A stretch of DNA of 63,951 bases, filler included, from Nitrospinota bacterium (GTDB lineage Bacteria; JADFOP01): NCBI GenBank assembly GCA_022562795.1. It is 3 parts of 3 records of this genome, joined end to end, with 100 filler letters (N's around TTAATTAATTAA, not from the genome) between each part and the next. Parts side by side here need not be neighbours in the genome. Positions count along the whole stretch, not along the records: positions 31,141 to 59,616 come from JADFOP010000025.1; positions 59,717 to 63,951 come from JADFOP010000076.1; 1 more part is not named here. One strand, 5' to 3'. The notes below the pieces were generated by a model that saw only the letters and a program-made list of their open reading frames with translations, was not told the DNA's origin and searched no databases. Below, piece after piece: positions 49,289 through 59,718 of the stretch. Numbering within the stretch: the first letter of the stretch is position 1; each line of letters opens with the position of its first letter. The translations under genes and the position numbers were made by a program.

Positions 49289-50122
49289 TCATGGGGCATC
49301 AACAGTCTCGAGGTGAGCCTCGAGGTAGGCCATGCTGGCATCGATATCTGAAAGTGAATTCATTTCCAAGATGACAGGGACACCGGCTTCAAAACATCGC
49401 TGAATAACTGCGCCTTCGATCGTCCCCGTCCCTAGAGGAAGGTGCTCATCGCGGATACCGGAATTGTCGTGCAGGTGAATGCCGGCCAAGTACGGCTGGA
49501 GGCGTTTCAAGTACGAGGCGAGATCCACGCCGAATGTATTGGCATGTCCGACGTCCAAGAGGGCTTTCAGGGCGGGGCTTGCGACCTCCTTTATGAGGGC
49601 GGCGTGCTCGTCCCCGTTGGTGATGAGCGGGTAGTTCTCCCCCTTCCAGCCGTTTTCCAAGGCGACCGTCACCCCAGCGGCCTTCGCTTCGGCGCTAAGG
49701 GTGGCCAGGCTTTCGTGCAGGCTTGAACGGGCCTCGGGTAGGAGCGAAGGGGGATAGTCCCTGTTCAGGTTGCCCGCATGGACGACGAGGAACTCGGCCT
49801 CGAGATAGGCCGCCAGCTCCAGACACCGAAGCGTTTGGCGGAGCGCCGCCTCCCGAAGGTAGGGGTTCAGGCTTGATAAATTCAACTCGACGTAGGAGGC
49901 GTGAACGGTGGGGAGCAAGCCGTGGCTCCTCAACAGCTCCTTGATCTGGCGCCAACGGGCCTCCCCACCCCCATCGGGGAGATCCCAGAACCGCTCTGCC
50001 ACGATCTCCAGATATTGGGCCCCGCATCGGCCGGCGACGGCCGCAACATCCTCGATGGTCTTGTCCTTGACGTGAGCCGAAAGGCCGAGGCGGCTCTTCC
50101 ACGTCGGGCCAGCAGCATCCAT
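49289..50122 (-). CDS. Sugar-phosphate isomerase/epimerase (xylose isomerase-like TIM barrel)
   Basis: ALEN, LDVGHA, HLHDN.G..DEHLPLG.G. Confidence 0.85.
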   Translation of the reverse strand: MDAAGPTWKSRLGLSAHVKDKTIEDVAAVAGRCGAQYLEIVAERFWDLPDGGGEARWRQIKELLRSHGLLPTVHASYVELNLSSLNPYLREAALRQTLRCLELAAYLEAEFLVVHAGNLNRDYPPSLLPEARSSLHESLATLSAEAKAAGVTVALENGWKGENYPLITNGDEHAALIKEVASPALKALLDVGHANTFGVDLASYLKRLQPYLAGIHLHDNSGIRDEHLPLGTGTIEGAVIQRCFEAGVPVILEMNSLSDIDASMAYLEAHLETVDAP

Positions 50123-50160
50123 AGGGGCTCCTCCTTAGAAGAACACCAAAGAAGAAAGCC

Positions 50161-51555
50161 TTATTCCAGGGCCTTTTTGACCGTATAGAGCCGAAGGATG
50201 GTCACCAGATTCGGGACCACGGCTAAGAAGTAGATGGCCAGCCGCAGCTGGTTAAAGATTCCCCCGAGAAAGATGACGAAGAGGCGGACGTCCCTGGAGT
50301 AGGGGAGGTATCGCAAGAGCCCGTCATCCTCATCCACGTAATTGCGCTTTGCCTCGGCCAGGAACTTGGCCCGGTGGATGGACGAGAGCGGGAGGCCCAT
50401 GAGGGCCACAAAGCCTACGAAGATGATGGAGAAGCTGCCTGAAAGCAGGTAGGAGGAGTAGACCATGCCCATGACCGTCAGACCATCAACGTACCGGTCG
50501 AGCATGTGTTCGAAGTAAGCCCCATATGGGCTGACCTGGTGCTTGAGCCGGGCGATCTCCCCGTCCACGCCGTCGAGGATCGAGGAGGTCTGGACGAGAA
50601 TGCCAGCCAGGGCCGAGAGCAACCAAACGAGCACAGGGCGCCCGGCGGCCACGAGGCCCATGGCAAAGAAACAGGCGGCCCCGAGGATACCCAGGGCGAA
50701 ACCGACCAGGGATATCTGGTTGGGGGAGATGGGATAGGGTGCCAGCAGGCGGGTCACCTTGATGGAGAAAAACCGGTTGATTTGCTGGCTGACCGGGCCG
50801 TCTATGCGCTTGGCAAGCTTGAGTCTCGCAAGGAGACGCTCCTCTCCCGCGATGAGCGCCTCCGGGGTGTCGACGTCTAGCCAGAAGCGCCCGCCGATCT
50901 CCACCGCCCGGATTCCGCCATTCGCGATCAGGCGGCGAATTCCTCCTGAGAGGGAGCCGTCGCCTAGCCGCCGTGCATCTCCAAGGGCCTCAAAGAGCAT
51001 CGGCTGACACAGGAAAATGCCCGTATCGGCGGCGTCGGGCTCCTCAAGCCCCTTTCCGATGGCGGTGATGGCTTCTCCCTCGAGGCGCACCAAAGTGGCG
51101 TCGTCCGGATCAAATAGATCGCTCAAGCGGCGGTCCACGGCCAGAAGGCATTCCCCGCTCCCATTATCAGCGGCCAAGAGATTTTTAAGAAGGGCTGGCT
51201 CGAAAAGATGGTCGCACATTAGAACGAGGAAGGGACCCGAGACGTACGGGGAGCAGGCGGCCACGGAGGTGCCGTTGCCGGCCTCCCAATCGGGGTTATC
51301 CACCACCCTAATGGTCAAGTCGTTCCGCTCCTGGAGCCGTTCCACATGAGGCAGAATCTCTTCCTTCCGGTGCCCCACGACGACGAGGAACTCCCGCACA
51401 CCCACCTCCAGACAAGAGAGAATGGAGCGCTCCAGAAGTGTGAGCCCCAACAGGGGGATCAGCGGCTTGGGTAGGTCTCGCCCGCCCTCCCGCAGGCGGC
51501 TGCCCTCCCCGGCAGCCAGGATCACCGCAGGAGGAGTTGCCGCCTTAGCGGTCAC
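50161..51555 (-). CDS. Bifunctional IPCT/DIPPS-like protein (nucleotidyltransferase + CDP-alcohol phosphotransferase)
   Basis: ILAAGEGSRL..PKPL, WLDVDTPE; DGPVS..INR..S, DGVDGEIAR....S.YGA...LDRY. Confidence 0.88.
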   Translation of the reverse strand: MTAKAATPPAVILAAGEGSRLREGGRDLPKPLIPLLGLTLLERSILSCLEVGVREFLVVVGHRKEEILPHVERLQERNDLTIRVVDNPDWEAGNGTSVAACSPYVSGPFLVLMCDHLFEPALLKNLLAADNGSGECLLAVDRRLSDLFDPDDATLVRLEGEAITAIGKGLEEPDAADTGIFLCQPMLFEALGDARRLGDGSLSGGIRRLIANGGIRAVEIGGRFWLDVDTPEALIAGEERLLARLKLAKRIDGPVSQQINRFFSIKVTRLLAPYPISPNQISLVGFALGILGAACFFAMGLVAAGRPVLVWLLSALAGILVQTSSILDGVDGEIARLKHQVSPYGAYFEHMLDRYVDGLTVMGMVYSSYLLSGSFSIIFVGFVALMGLPLSSIHRAKFLAEAKRNYVDEDDGLLRYLPYSRDVRLFVIFLGGIFNQLRLAIYFLAVVPNLVTILRLYTVKKALE

Positions 51556-51564
51556 GGCGTTTCC

Positions 51565-52728
51565 CTAGCTCTCTTGCAGGAAGGGGCCCTCGGTGAGGGC
51601 CTCGGCGCCGTCCAGGGTGGGTGCGGCGAACCGCTTCAGCATCTCCCGCGCCTCCGAGTCGTCATACTGCTCTACCGGCGACTTGAAGAGATAGGCGCTC
51701 GCCTCGACGATGGGCCCGGAAAGCCCCCGGTCCAGCGCCACCTTGGCCGCCCGCACTGCATCCATCATGACGCCCGCCGAGTTGGGGGAGTCCTCCACAG
51801 ATAGGCGGACCTCGATGTCCATGGGGACCCCGCCGAACTGCTCGGCCTCGATCCGCAAGAAACAGAGCTTGTTGTCGTTGAGCCAGGGCACGTAATCGCT
51901 GGGTCCGATGTGGAGGTCGTCGGGGTCGAGAGGTTGGCCGTCCATCTGGCTCACTACCGACTGGGTTTTGCTGACCTTTTTGCTCTGCAGGCGGGAGCGG
52001 TCCAGCATGTTGAAGAAATCGGTGTTACCCCCCACGTTCAACTGGTAGGCCCTCTTGACCGGATGGCCACGGTCGTGGAAGAGCTTCGTCAAGACCCGGT
52101 GGACGATGGTGGCGCCCACTTGGGACTTGATGTCGTCGCCCAGCACAGGGAGCCCCGCCTCTCTGAACCGTTCGCCGTAAAGCTTGGAGATGAAGACCGG
52201 TACGGCGTTGACGAAGGCGCACCCGGCCTCAATAGAGCAGTCGGCGTAGAAATAGGTGTTCCGCTCACTTCCCACAGGCAGATAGTTGATCACCACGTCC
52301 ACTTGCTTATCCCGCAAGGAGCGTACGATGGCCTCCTGGGCCTCCGCCTCGCTGGCGTAAATATTTCTCCTCGGCATGAACCGCCGCTCCTCCGGGATCA
52401 TGTCGTTGTGCTCCGGGATACTGTCGATCACGTATCCCATCTCGACCGGACAATCGAGATACGGAATTTCTGGCTGGAAGACGACGGTGCAGTTCGGCTC
52501 GGCAAAAACCGCCTCGGAAAGGTCCAGGCCCACCTTACGCTCATCCAGGTCAAACGCGGCGACAAACTGAATATCGCATGCCCGATAGCCGGCGAAGTCC
52601 TTGGTGAGCAGGCCTGGAATCTCGGCCTCCGGATCCGCGTAATAGAATCGCCCCTGGACCAGCGAGCTTGCGCAGTTTCCCACACCGATTATGGCTGTTC
52701 TAATACCATTCCAAGTGGACGCACTCAT
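51565..52728 (-). CDS. ino1: Inositol-3-phosphate synthase
   Basis: GVGNCASSLVQG, GDDIKSQVGATI.HR, NVGGNTDF.NM, EDSPNSAG. Confidence 0.95.
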   Translation of the reverse strand: MSASTWNGIRTAIIGVGNCASSLVQGRFYYADPEAEIPGLLTKDFAGYRACDIQFVAAFDLDERKVGLDLSEAVFAEPNCTVVFQPEIPYLDCPVEMGYVIDSIPEHNDMIPEERRFMPRRNIYASEAEAQEAIVRSLRDKQVDVVINYLPVGSERNTYFYADCSIEAGCAFVNAVPVFISKLYGERFREAGLPVLGDDIKSQVGATIVHRVLTKLFHDRGHPVKRAYQLNVGGNTDFFNMLDRSRLQSKKVSKTQSVVSQMDGQPLDPDDLHIGPSDYVPWLNDNKLCFLRIEAEQFGGVPMDIEVRLSVEDSPNSAGVMMDAVRAAKVALDRGLSGPIVEASAYLFKSPVEQYDDSEAREMLKRFAAPTLDGAEALTEGPFLQES

Positions 52729-53286
52729 ATGTTCTCCTCCCTCCATAAAATCAATTGATCCTATAGCTCTCCTCCCCAAGATAGGATGAATTGGGTTAAA
52801 CCGTCTCGACCACGCGAGACCATCCTTGTCGCATTGTGCATTCACTACCCTCCAACGCCTCGAGCAAGGCGTCCCTCAAGGTCGCCACGCCGCCCACACC
52901 CAAGTACGGTGGATGCGAAATGAACATTATTCGGCGCGAAGGGTAAAGCTTACAAAACTGTGACTCGTTTGCTCCTCACGTACTGCGGCCCCTCGACCGA
53001 AGCCGACGACAATACAGCCAACCATCTCATGGGACGGCAAAGAGGCCTAAAAGTTCTCGTCGGGCTAATATGTGAGGAACTAAAAAAACTATATCACAAT
53101 AATACAGCTAAAGCAAGCCCTACTGAGGAGCGGGGGCAAATTGTGCCAGGCCGCCCAAAGAGTACGCACCTATGGGACCTGTGTCCTCGCCAGTGCCTAA
53201 GAGGACCAAACAGTCCAGAAAATGCTCTAATTGGCTGGATTTGAAGGTAAACGGGTCTCAGCAGGGTCGCGAATGCTTTATGCCTC

Positions 53287-53661
53287 TCAGCAGCAACCGT
53301 CCTTGTACCGACATCGCGGACAGCGCCAACTGGCATGAGACCAGACCATTGAGGTACTGCACACCGGACAGGGCTCCTGTTCCCATACGAGCCCGACGGG
53401 CGGTCTATCCAGATTCCACCGGTCCTCCAGCGAAGAAATCGGGCTTCGACAGTCCGGGCAGGCCCAGCGCCAAGGCGTCGGGACTGAACCCCAGAGCACG
53501 ACCTCACCTCGCAGCGCCTGGTCCTCTAGCGCGGGAGTGGGCTCACCAACCACCAAAGGAACGGCGGCCACCTCCCTGGAACAGGCCTGGCAACTGAGCT
53601 TTTGAGCGCCCCAGGAAGTTTCCGTTCTCTTCAACGAGTCAGCCCCTTGCATGCCCCCCAA
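53287..53661 (-). CDS. Small Cys-rich zinc-ribbon protein
   Basis: CQAC, CPDC, CPVC, CPRC..DGCC. Confidence 0.6.
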   Translation of the reverse strand: MGGMQGADSLKRTETSWGAQKLSCQACSREVAAVPLVVGEPTPALEDQALRGEVVLWGSVPTPWRWACPDCRSPISSLEDRWNLDRPPVGLVWEQEPCPVCSTSMVWSHASWRCPRCRYKDGCC

Positions 53662-53707
53662 TATAGCATACCCGTGCTGCTACGGCCACGGGGCTTGCGT
53701 GCACGAG

Positions 53708-54853
53708 TCACACCCCCGCCACATCGAGCCGGTAGAGCTTTTGGGCATTACCGTGGAGGATCGCCTCAGCCGCCTCCAGCGCCTCCTCTTCCGTGAGGGA
53801 GCCGAAGGCCACTATCTCGCCCAGGGTGGCCGCCAGGGCCTGCTTGGCGTGGGTTGCGCCCCACCAGTAGAGCTCGGGAATGGTAAAGCCGTCGGAGCCG
53901 TACAGGACCTTGCTCCAGGGAGCAATCCCCAGAAGGTCGCCCAGGATGGAGACCATGCTGTAGTGGACGAACGGGATGGCCAGCGAGAGCCCCACGTAGA
54001 CATTCGCGTAGAGGCTCACCAGGTAGCCCGCTTCTCGAACAAAGGGGTAGCCGGCGTGGAGCAGCACGACTGAGGCCCCATCGCAGACCTCATCTTCCAG
54101 GAGCGAGCGCAGGTGGAGAGGGTTACTCAGCCTTAGGTCAAGGTCGGAGTCCCCGAACCCGGTGTGGAATTGAATTGGAACCTTCAGCCTGCCGCTCATC
54201 TCAACACCCTGCCAGATGCAGTAATCGAGCAGTTGTTTGTGCTGGAGCCGGATGGCACCCTTCCGTTCGGCCTCGCTGCGCACTTCGTCGAAGGCCGCCC
54301 CGGCCTCATCCACAGTGGTTGGCTCCAAGGCAAGCCCGGTCCGGTAGGCGATAATGCTTTTCAGGGCCACACAGCCGGCCGCAACCCCGGCCTCCACCTC
54401 CTCCCGGTACCGCGACAGAAAGGAGGTGAAGTCGTTCTCCTCCATTATGAGCCGTTCCAAAAGGTCTTCGAGGCGAAGGATGGGATGGACCTGGCACGGA
54501 AGCAGCGCCCGCAGCTCAGAGACGGGAAGGCTCCCCGGGGGGAAGGCCTCGTCGACGAGCAGCGCTACGATTCTCGCCTCAGTGACGAGCCTCCCCCCAT
54601 AAGCGGCGATGTCTTGAGCCTTGCGGGCCCGGAGGATTGCCGTCAGTGTGGGCTCACACCCAAGCAGCGAGCTCCAGTCTTTTATCGCCCGGCGGAAAAA
54701 GAGCGAAGTGGGCACGTGGTGGCGGGCCTGGTCGCGCTCGTCGCTCTCGCTGAACAGAGCCAGGGCCTCTTCTTCGCCAAGCGGGACATGGGGCGGGGAG
54801 AGGGAATGGCAATGATGGTCGATGACGGGGAGTTCTAGGATGGAGAGGCGCAT
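53708..54853 (-). CDS. Amidohydrolase (FluG/NodGS N-terminal-like)
   Basis: IDHHCH, KSIIAYRTGL, QFHTGFGD.D, KVLYGSDG..IPE. Confidence 0.9.
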   Translation of the reverse strand: MRLSILELPVIDHHCHSLSPPHVPLGEEEALALFSESDERDQARHHVPTSLFFRRAIKDWSSLLGCEPTLTAILRARKAQDIAAYGGRLVTEARIVALLVDEAFPPGSLPVSELRALLPCQVHPILRLEDLLERLIMEENDFTSFLSRYREEVEAGVAAGCVALKSIIAYRTGLALEPTTVDEAGAAFDEVRSEAERKGAIRLQHKQLLDYCIWQGVEMSGRLKVPIQFHTGFGDSDLDLRLSNPLHLRSLLEDEVCDGASVVLLHAGYPFVREAGYLVSLYANVYVGLSLAIPFVHYSMVSILGDLLGIAPWSKVLYGSDGFTIPELYWWGATHAKQALAATLGEIVAFGSLTEEEALEAAEAILHGNAQKLYRLDVAGV

Positions 54854-54857
54854 GGGC

Positions 54858-56210
54858 TTAAAACTTGTAGAAGTGCTGGGCCAGCTCGAACTCCAGGTCC
54901 TTATCTTTGAAGCCTTCCCAGACGGCCCGCTTCACGATGATGTACTCTTTTGCCAGGACCGGCCCCATGGCCTCGCAGAGGACCTCATCCTGCTCGAGGG
55001 CGTTGATGGCTTCTTCGAGCGTGGTGGGCAGGCGTTCGATGCCGCGGGAAGCCCGCTCCTCCTCGCTCAGGCGCGCCGGGTCGACCATCAACGGCTCGCC
55101 CGGGTCTATCTCTTTTTCAATCCCGTCCAGCCCGGCGGCCAGCAGCCCTCCCAGGGCGATGTAGGGGTTGTTGCTAGGGTCGGAGCACTTGAGCTCGAGG
55201 TTGAGGCTCTTCATCTCCCGCTCCCAGTAGCCCGAGGCGATGCGGACCGCCGCCTCCCGGTTGTCGGGCCCGTAACAGGTGTAGGCGGACGCCCATGTCT
55301 GAGGCTGAAGCCGCCGGTAGGAGTTGACGCTGGGGGCGGTAAGGGCAACAAGGGCGGGCAGGTGGGCAAGGACCCCACCGATAAAGTGATAGCCGTGGCG
55401 ACTGAGGCGATGGGGGTCATCGGCGTCGAAGAATAGATTCAGCTGGCCGTCCTCGTCCCAGGCGCTAAGGTGGATGTGGCAGCCGTTGCCCGGGAGGTCG
55501 GCGAATGGTTTGGGGGCGAAGGTAGCCCACAGCCCGTGGGTGCGCGCCACGCCCCGGATCGTCTCTCTAAAGACGATCTGGTTGTCCGCCGCCTTGAGGG
55601 CCGTAGTGTGGACGATGGGAATCTCCTGCTGGCCTGGACCCAGCTCGGGGAAGTATTTTTCCACCCTGACGCCCTGCTCGCTCAGGGCGTCGATCATCTC
55701 ATGGATAATCGCCTCGGCCTCGTCCATACCGATGGAGCTGAAACAGAGGCTCTGGTCAATGGGCAAAAAGCTCTCCCCGCTTTGTCGGACGAGGTAGAAC
55801 TCGTTCTCGAATGCCGCTTGCCACTTAATCCCCCGCCGGCTGGAGCGCTCGATCATTCGACCGAGGAACGAGCGAGGGCAGGCCTCCCAGGGCGTGCGGT
55901 CGTGCTCGACGAGGTTAACCAGCATCCTGGCGCTTCGGGGCGCATACGGCAACTGGGTGAACGACTCTAAGTCGGGAACCATCCGAATCTCCCCCACGGG
56001 GCCGAAAGTCCCCTCAGGAGCGATGGCGTCCAGCATGATGAACGACTGCATGGCGACGGTGAGTCCGATCCCAGATTCCATGGAGGACTTGAGAAAATCG
56101 ATGTGGGTTGTCTTGCCCCGGATGACCCCGTCGCTGTCACAATAGAGAAAGCGGACGAGCTGGACCCCGGCCTCGCGGGCTCGGGCGATAACACGATCCG
56201 GATCAGACAT
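54858..56210 (-). CDS. Glutamine synthetase-like gamma-glutamyl ligase
   Basis: FENEFYL, E.GPGQQE, PKPF...GNGCHIH.S, NSYRRL, DNREAAVR, NPYIAL. Confidence 0.9.
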   Translation of the reverse strand: MSDPDRVIARAREAGVQLVRFLYCDSDGVIRGKTTHIDFLKSSMESGIGLTVAMQSFIMLDAIAPEGTFGPVGEIRMVPDLESFTQLPYAPRSARMLVNLVEHDRTPWEACPRSFLGRMIERSSRRGIKWQAAFENEFYLVRQSGESFLPIDQSLCFSSIGMDEAEAIIHEMIDALSEQGVRVEKYFPELGPGQQEIPIVHTTALKAADNQIVFRETIRGVARTHGLWATFAPKPFADLPGNGCHIHLSAWDEDGQLNLFFDADDPHRLSRHGYHFIGGVLAHLPALVALTAPSVNSYRRLQPQTWASAYTCYGPDNREAAVRIASGYWEREMKSLNLELKCSDPSNNPYIALGGLLAAGLDGIEKEIDPGEPLMVDPARLSEEERASRGIERLPTTLEEAINALEQDEVLCEAMGPVLAKEYIIVKRAVWEGFKDKDLEFELAQHFYKF

Positions 56211-56550
56211 GGGGCACCTCAGATTATCGGCGAAGGAGCGTGAAATATTTCCGAATACCCTATCGGCTCACGGTCGGCGCGGGCTCGCCCGAGGCCCAAA
56301 AGCCCCCTTATTCGGAAAATCGCGGAAAATCGCGGAAAAAACCCTGCCCCATTATAAAGCCTCCCGCCGCGTACCGCAAAACCATTTCGGGGGATTCGCG
56401 CATTTTCACGGTCCTCCTCGCCATCGCCGCCGATTCCTCGGCCCCTTCCTATAGGGATTTTCTCTTGTCAACGGCCGGGCGTTGTGCTATCTAGAATGGA
56501 AAGCCCCCGGTATGGAATCGGGCGCTCACCATTTGTTGATTTCAATCTCC

Positions 56551-56955
56551 ATGCGCCGACCCAAAGCATCGAAGAAGGGCCTCCCGCCGAGCATCGGACA
56601 GCGCCTTCGGATGGCGCGCCTCGCCCACGGGCTGACCCTCAGAGAGGTGGAGCTGGTCACCGGGATCGGTGTCTCCCACCTCTCGCAGATCGAAAACGGC
56701 TACAGAAACGTCAACGTCGTCAAGCTCGAGGCCATGGCCGTCTGTTACGACTGCGCCGTGGCGGACTTCTTCCCCCGGGCCGGCGAGCCAAAGCCGGATT
56801 TCTACAAGGCCAAGCGCCTGACCCCCACCCAGCGCAAGGTGCTCAACGCCATGGAGAATGAGGCGATGGCCGGGCACCTCCTCGAGCAGGCCCGAATGAA
56901 GGTCAAGTACAAGGCCGCCAAGGCCCGCCGCCGCCGGGCGGCCAAGGAGCGCTAG
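56551..56955 (+). CDS. XRE-family HTH transcriptional regulator
   Basis: IGQRLRMARLAHGLTLREV...TGI..SHLSQIENG. Confidence 0.8.
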   Translation: MRRPKASKKGLPPSIGQRLRMARLAHGLTLREVELVTGIGVSHLSQIENGYRNVNVVKLEAMAVCYDCAVADFFPRAGEPKPDFYKAKRLTPTQRKVLNAMENEAMAGHLLEQARMKVKYKAAKARRRRAAKER

Positions 56956-56961
56956 TCAGCC

Positions 56962-57419
56962 GGAACCCCGACACCTTTTTGAACCATCCGGGTAGTCGGG
57001 CCGACTCAGCCTCAGGTCCGCCTCAGGCGGACTACATAACCAGAATTCGATGGTTTGGGGACGAATCTCGTGTAGGGACAGGGTTTACCCTGTCCGCAAA
57101 GAAAACCCGGACAGCCTAAAGGCTGTCCCTACATCTTTATTACCAAAAAACAGGCGGGCCTGTCGTCACGCACTTCTTCCCGAATGGAGAGCGTTTTTTT
57201 GCTATTTTAGTCGATCCGGGTAGGTCCGCCTCAGGCGGAACCCCGACACCTTTTTGGCCGGACAGCCACAAGGGGCGTTCCTGCGTTGGCCTTTTCCCCT
57301 GTAGGGACAGGGTTTACCCCTGTCCGTGGGTTTTTCCCTTCCGGGTAGTCGGGGTCGCCCCCGACCCCGACACCTTATCCTACCCTAAAGGCCGGACAGC
57401 CATAAAGGCTGTCCCTACA
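56962..57419. repeat. Cluster of REP-like palindromic repeats
   Basis: TGTAGGGACAG...CTGTCCCTACA doublets (57071-57133; 57300-57419), CCGCCTCAGGCGG copies, ACCCCGACACCTT x3, CCGGGTAGTCGGG copies. Confidence 0.75.
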
Positions 57420-57472
57420 TGGTCTGTTACAGGGTTTTGTGAGCGCTTGATCTCGACCAGGAAGGGCATCTA

Positions 57473-57679
57473 CTATTGGCCCGACCCCGATTCTTCGAGA
57501 TAGGTTCGGAAGGGCCTCGATGGTTCGTCCTTTCGCTCCTCCATGAGCGCCAGGTCCATCAGGTCGTGCCGGATGCGTTTGTCTTTGATGATTTTGGCCA
57601 GCACCTCCTGCCTTTCCTCCTTCGGCAGGGCCTTGAAAGCGGTCCAGAAAACCTCGGCTGTCGCCTGAGTTTTTGTCAT
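57473..57679 (-). CDS. Putative antitoxin of a RelE/ParE-type pair (orphan)
   Basis: 68 aa with RBS GGAGG, F.AL..EERQEV...I, ending E.SRPF..YL; followed by a toxin-like stub. Confidence 0.6.
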   Translation of the reverse strand: MTKTQATAEVFWTAFKALPKEERQEVLAKIIKDKRIRHDLMDLALMEERKDEPSRPFRTYLEESGSGQ

Positions 57680-57857
57680 TGGCTATCGCCTCCCTCATCC
57701 AGGGCCTCGAGCGTCTCTTCAGTATACCAGCCCTACACCGGAGGAGGGAAGGGAGAGTTAGGCGATCCGGGTAGTCGGGCTCGCAATGCCCCACCTCAGG
57801 CGGACCTCTACAAAAGGAGGACCCCTAGGCCCTAAAAAAAGAACTGTCCGCGATTAA

Positions 57858-58649
57858 TTACGCAAAAGCCGGGAGAGGTTCAACTAAACGTTGTGGCTTG
57901 ACCTTACGAGTAGGTCTATCTTTTGCCTGAGGCAGTTCATCCCATGTCCTGCCATCTAACAACCTACCATTGTTTTTCTTTCTCACGCCTCCCCACTGCT
58001 TGAAAAAGAAAGGAACTCCATGCTCAATGCATCGATCCCGGATTTGACGAACCCAATCAGGGTCCATGGGCCGACACCGGGGGCCTGACTCTCCTCCAAC
58101 GATCACCCAATCCACGCCATTCAGAGGCAATCGGGGAATCGGCTCCAGCAAAGGCTCAACAGATAAGAACCGTACTGCAGCAGGGACCTCACGAAGGTCA
58201 CGAATCCGGCGAACATAGTGGGGCGACTCGACACTCACGCCCATCCAGATATTCTTGGGCCATGGGAGACGGGGGGCAAGTTCGGCAAGCCTTTCGGAGC
58301 GTTTTGTCAAAATCTGAAAGGTGTGCCAATGGGCAGTAACCATCGTTTCGAAAACGGCATGCACAAATGGTTCTGGGACTATTTCATGAAACAAGTCGCT
58401 CATGGAATTGACAAAGATAAGGCGGGGCTCGCGCCAGCGAAGCGGGAGCCTCAAAATATCCGGTTGGAGGGTAACATCGAACCCGTTGCGGTAGCGCTTC
58501 TGCCCCATTGCTTTCAGGCGCTTTGCCATTCGCTCAGCATAGCAGTTTTTGCACCCCGGACTGACTTTGGAGCACCCGGTCACCGGGTTCCACGTTGACT
58601 CTGTCCACTCTATACTAGACCGTTGTGCAGCCACGAAAGATAACCTCAC
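57858..58649 (-). CDS. DUF5131 / phage Gp37-Gp68 family radical-SAM-like protein
   Basis: [54 protein letters not shown]. Confidence 0.93.
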   Translation of the reverse strand: MRLSFVAAQRSSIEWTESTWNPVTGCSKVSPGCKNCYAERMAKRLKAMGQKRYRNGFDVTLQPDILRLPLRWREPRLIFVNSMSDLFHEIVPEPFVHAVFETMVTAHWHTFQILTKRSERLAELAPRLPWPKNIWMGVSVESPHYVRRIRDLREVPAAVRFLSVEPLLEPIPRLPLNGVDWVIVGGESGPRCRPMDPDWVRQIRDRCIEHGVPFFFKQWGGVRKKNNGRLLDGRTWDELPQAKDRPTRKVKPQRLVEPLPAFA

Positions 58650-59506
58650 TCAAAGGGTAACGCAGGTTGGTCGGGCACGTACCTAAGCGCTTGTTCCCAA
58701 AATTTTCGACCCCGATCACTTCTGGAAAAAAACGCTAAGTAATAGAGCGATAAGTCTCTATCTGAAGGCGTTATTCTCTTCATTTTTTCAAGAGAAGTAC
58801 CTGTGTATCCAATAGTTTCCATCTGGGATGCATATTTCTTTGCAAGGAACGTTCGGAACATAACACCCTTCTTCCGTCTTTCTTGTTCCCACTCATCCCG
58901 CCAGTTAATATCACCCAAGAAATAATCTACGCGCGTTACATCTGGCCTACAATAATGTGACTCATTACGTTGGGCATCCATACCTAATGCCAGGACCATA
59001 AGAAAGTCTATAAAAAAGTCACTAAGTCTTCGGACAGTTTCAAAGTGTATGTCGATATTATAGGGGTCTATAAAGCAAAATGACAGAACAGTTCTCCTTG
59101 GAGAGGGCTTTGGTATAGCAGCACAAATCTCATCAACCATCTCATTACAATCACCAAGCACATACTTGACATCCGCATGGGAGTATTCCTTTTCGATGCG
59201 AGATTTTAAAGCTTCCATTAGTTCTTCATCTTTCTCGCAAATTATGTACTTGTCGTATTGGTCCGGCACACCAAGAGCCAAGAGTGGGGAACCGGCAAGG
59301 ATTTTGTTGGTGCGTCGAATCCTTGATCTTCCTGCTCCGGCAAAGAGGTCAATGTATGTCCGACAATCCCATCTGTCCTTCATACTTGTAGAGAAAAGTT
59401 TATTGTAATAGCTGACGTACTTATATTTTTCCTCTGCCCAAGGGCCGACTTCAGGAGTTAGCAGTTCATCGTCGTCGAGATATTCGAGCTTCTCTGGAGG
59501 TGTCAT
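58646..59506 (-). CDS. tcmP: Three-Cys-motif partner protein TcmP (methyltransferase-like)
   Basis: [33 protein letters not shown]; overlaps the DUF5131 gene; low GC. Confidence 0.88.
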   Translation of the reverse strand: MTPPEKLEYLDDDELLTPEVGPWAEEKYKYVSYYNKLFSTSMKDRWDCRTYIDLFAGAGRSRIRRTNKILAGSPLLALGVPDQYDKYIICEKDEELMEALKSRIEKEYSHADVKYVLGDCNEMVDEICAAIPKPSPRRTVLSFCFIDPYNIDIHFETVRRLSDFFIDFLMVLALGMDAQRNESHYCRPDVTRVDYFLGDINWRDEWEQERRKKGVMFRTFLAKKYASQMETIGYTGTSLEKMKRITPSDRDLSLYYLAFFSRSDRGRKFWEQALRYVPDQPALPFE

Positions 59507-59616
59507 GCCCTCGTCCCCTACTAGAAATTGCCTTTATTAACCGACGGTCGGCAAAGACGATCACTTACCATTTTTCTTCATACAAATTTACAAACCTCTC
59601 TAGAAACTTCCCATTA

Positions 59617-59716
59617 NNNNNNNNNNNNNNNNNNNNNNNNNNNNNNNNNNNNNNNNNNNNTTAATTAATTAANNNNNNNNNNNNNNNNNNNNNNNNNNNN
59701 NNNNNNNNNNNNNNNN
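59617..59716. other. Artificial contig-joining linker
   Basis: N44-TTAATTAATTAA-N44. Confidence 0.97.
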
Positions 59717-59718
59717 GC

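Noticed and set aside
56962-57803. Possible CRISPR array
   Set aside because: The repeats are heterogeneous, inverted and irregularly spaced, and no cas genes are present.
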